From: Chlorokybus atmophyticus
Taxonomy: Eukaryota; Plantae; Mesostigma and Chlorokybus algae
Assembly (NCBI GenBank): GCA_009103225.1
Contig: RHPI01003762.1
Span: 124,001-188,000 of the forward strand
Reading direction: 5' to 3'
DNA length: 64,000 nt
Shown here: in pieces, positions 63,201 to 64,000 of the stretch
Layout: each line of letters starts with the position of its first letter
Position numbering within the stretch: the first letter of the stretch is position 1
Notes under the pieces: generated by a model
Told to the model about the DNA's origin: nothing
The model's database searches: none
Seen by the model: only the letters and a program-made list of their open reading frames with translations
Made by a program: the position numbers and the translations under genes

Positions 63201-64000
63201 CTTGCCGATGCAGCATGGTTGCTTGTCGCAACAGAGCAGTGCGTAGTTGTTGCTCTCCAACCAGTCCTGCTCCATCTCTTTGTGTACACCCTTGTGGTGT
63301 AAGGTAGCCCCTCCCTGGCTCCCTTTGGTCCTCAGGTAGATCCTCCACCAGCGCAGGCAGCAACGGGGCGATCACCCCCCTGGTTTGTTGAGCCAACGCC
63401 CTCGCTTGGTCAAAAATGGTCTCGACGAAGAGCGGAGTGGTGCTGGAGGATGGACCAGCAGCTGGTGGCTGAGGTACTAGTGCACGCGTAGCTTCAAGAG
63501 CTTGTTCACGTGCAGCAATGGCGGCAGCTTGATCTTGTAGCCAATGATATGCTTGTTCCAGTGCGTGGTAGCGCTGATGAAGGCGAGCGGTTGTAGGAGG
63601 TCCGAGTGCTTCATCAGTGCCCAAAGGCAGGTCGGCTGCGTCGGTGATGCGCTGCTGGACGGTGTCTCGGCGGTCCCGATACGTGTCCAGCGGGCTGGGT
63701 TCAAAGATGGTGGTTGGCATGCGTGTAGGCTGGTGCGGGGCGGTCTGCATGTTGTTGTGCAACGCCCAGATTAGCTGCAGGGCCAACTCCAATACTACAG
63801 GTGGGCTGTAGCTGATCAAAAACACCCTGTCACGCATCGGAGGTGCAGTGCCAGCAAGGATCTCATCTTCCAACTGGTGTTGAGTGAGTGCTGGAAGGGT
63901 GTGAACCTCTGGTAATGGGAAGACGCGATCATCGCGGGCGACACGCGTGGTGCGCTCCCCCCCCCGACCGAAAGCGATGGTAGTGGGGTCTGCTCCGCGC
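57229..64000 (-). pseudogene. polyprotein of element B (unknown domain-PR-DNMT-RT-RH-IN-PHD), disrupted
   Basis: RVMLDTGAQP; IAVLELFGGIGSG; IDLLIAGWECQGHSRAG; YIVENV; CYIDDILIF; WGLDILG; VITDQG; complete PHD CEKCGSADDDPLMMLCDGCNQGMHCYCLDPPLDAVPLWEYWCDDC; several stops and frameshifts. Confidence 0.92.
60530..61510 (-). pseudogene. C5 cytosine DNA methyltransferase domain of element B
   Basis: The same ordered motifs I, IV, VI, VIII, IX and X as in element A. Confidence 0.88.

Larger units (their letters stand above)
53999..64000 (-). mobile_element. second DNMT/PHD Ty3/Gypsy-type element with the same permuted 3-prime repeats (element B), 5-prime end outside the window
   Basis: On the minus strand: G-rich PPT (57176-57190), R2 57175-56942, GC, R1 56939-54233 (carrying a Copia insertion), R2 54232-53999 ending CGACA; coding domains collinear with element A. 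Confidence 0.9.

Overview
Eukaryotic genomic DNA, probably from a green alga (short GT-AG introns rich in CA/GT repeats, a plastid-transit-peptide gene, charophyte-type retrotransposons); the taxon is inferred, not shown. 1-13.5 kb: three pogo/Fot1-family DNA transposons with TIRs and TA target duplications. 13.9-25.1 kb: island of three intron-rich host genes (RlmD/Trm2-type RNA m5U methyltransferase, DUF4864-like plastid protein, large secreted protein of bacterial-type architecture). 29-64 kb: nested retroelements. A broken tyrosine-recombinase (DIRS/PAT-like) element hosts two TRIMs carrying a tRNA-like Pol III promoter, a chromodomain Ty3/Gypsy element and a DNMT-bearing Ty3/Gypsy element; a second such element follows, with a Copia derivative inside it. 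The standout system is the pair of related Ty3/Gypsy-type elements encoding Gag-unknown domain-protease-cytosine DNA methyltransferase-RT-RNase H-DDE integrase-PHD. Their terminal repeats are permuted (R1-internal-R2-GC-R1-R2). They show a palindromic GACA-GC-TGTC internal junction and a 4-bp TSD. The complete copy also has a self-complementary primer site instead of a tRNA PBS. Together these suggest integration from a circular cDNA cut inside the LTR (inference). All coordinates and alignments were read by eye.
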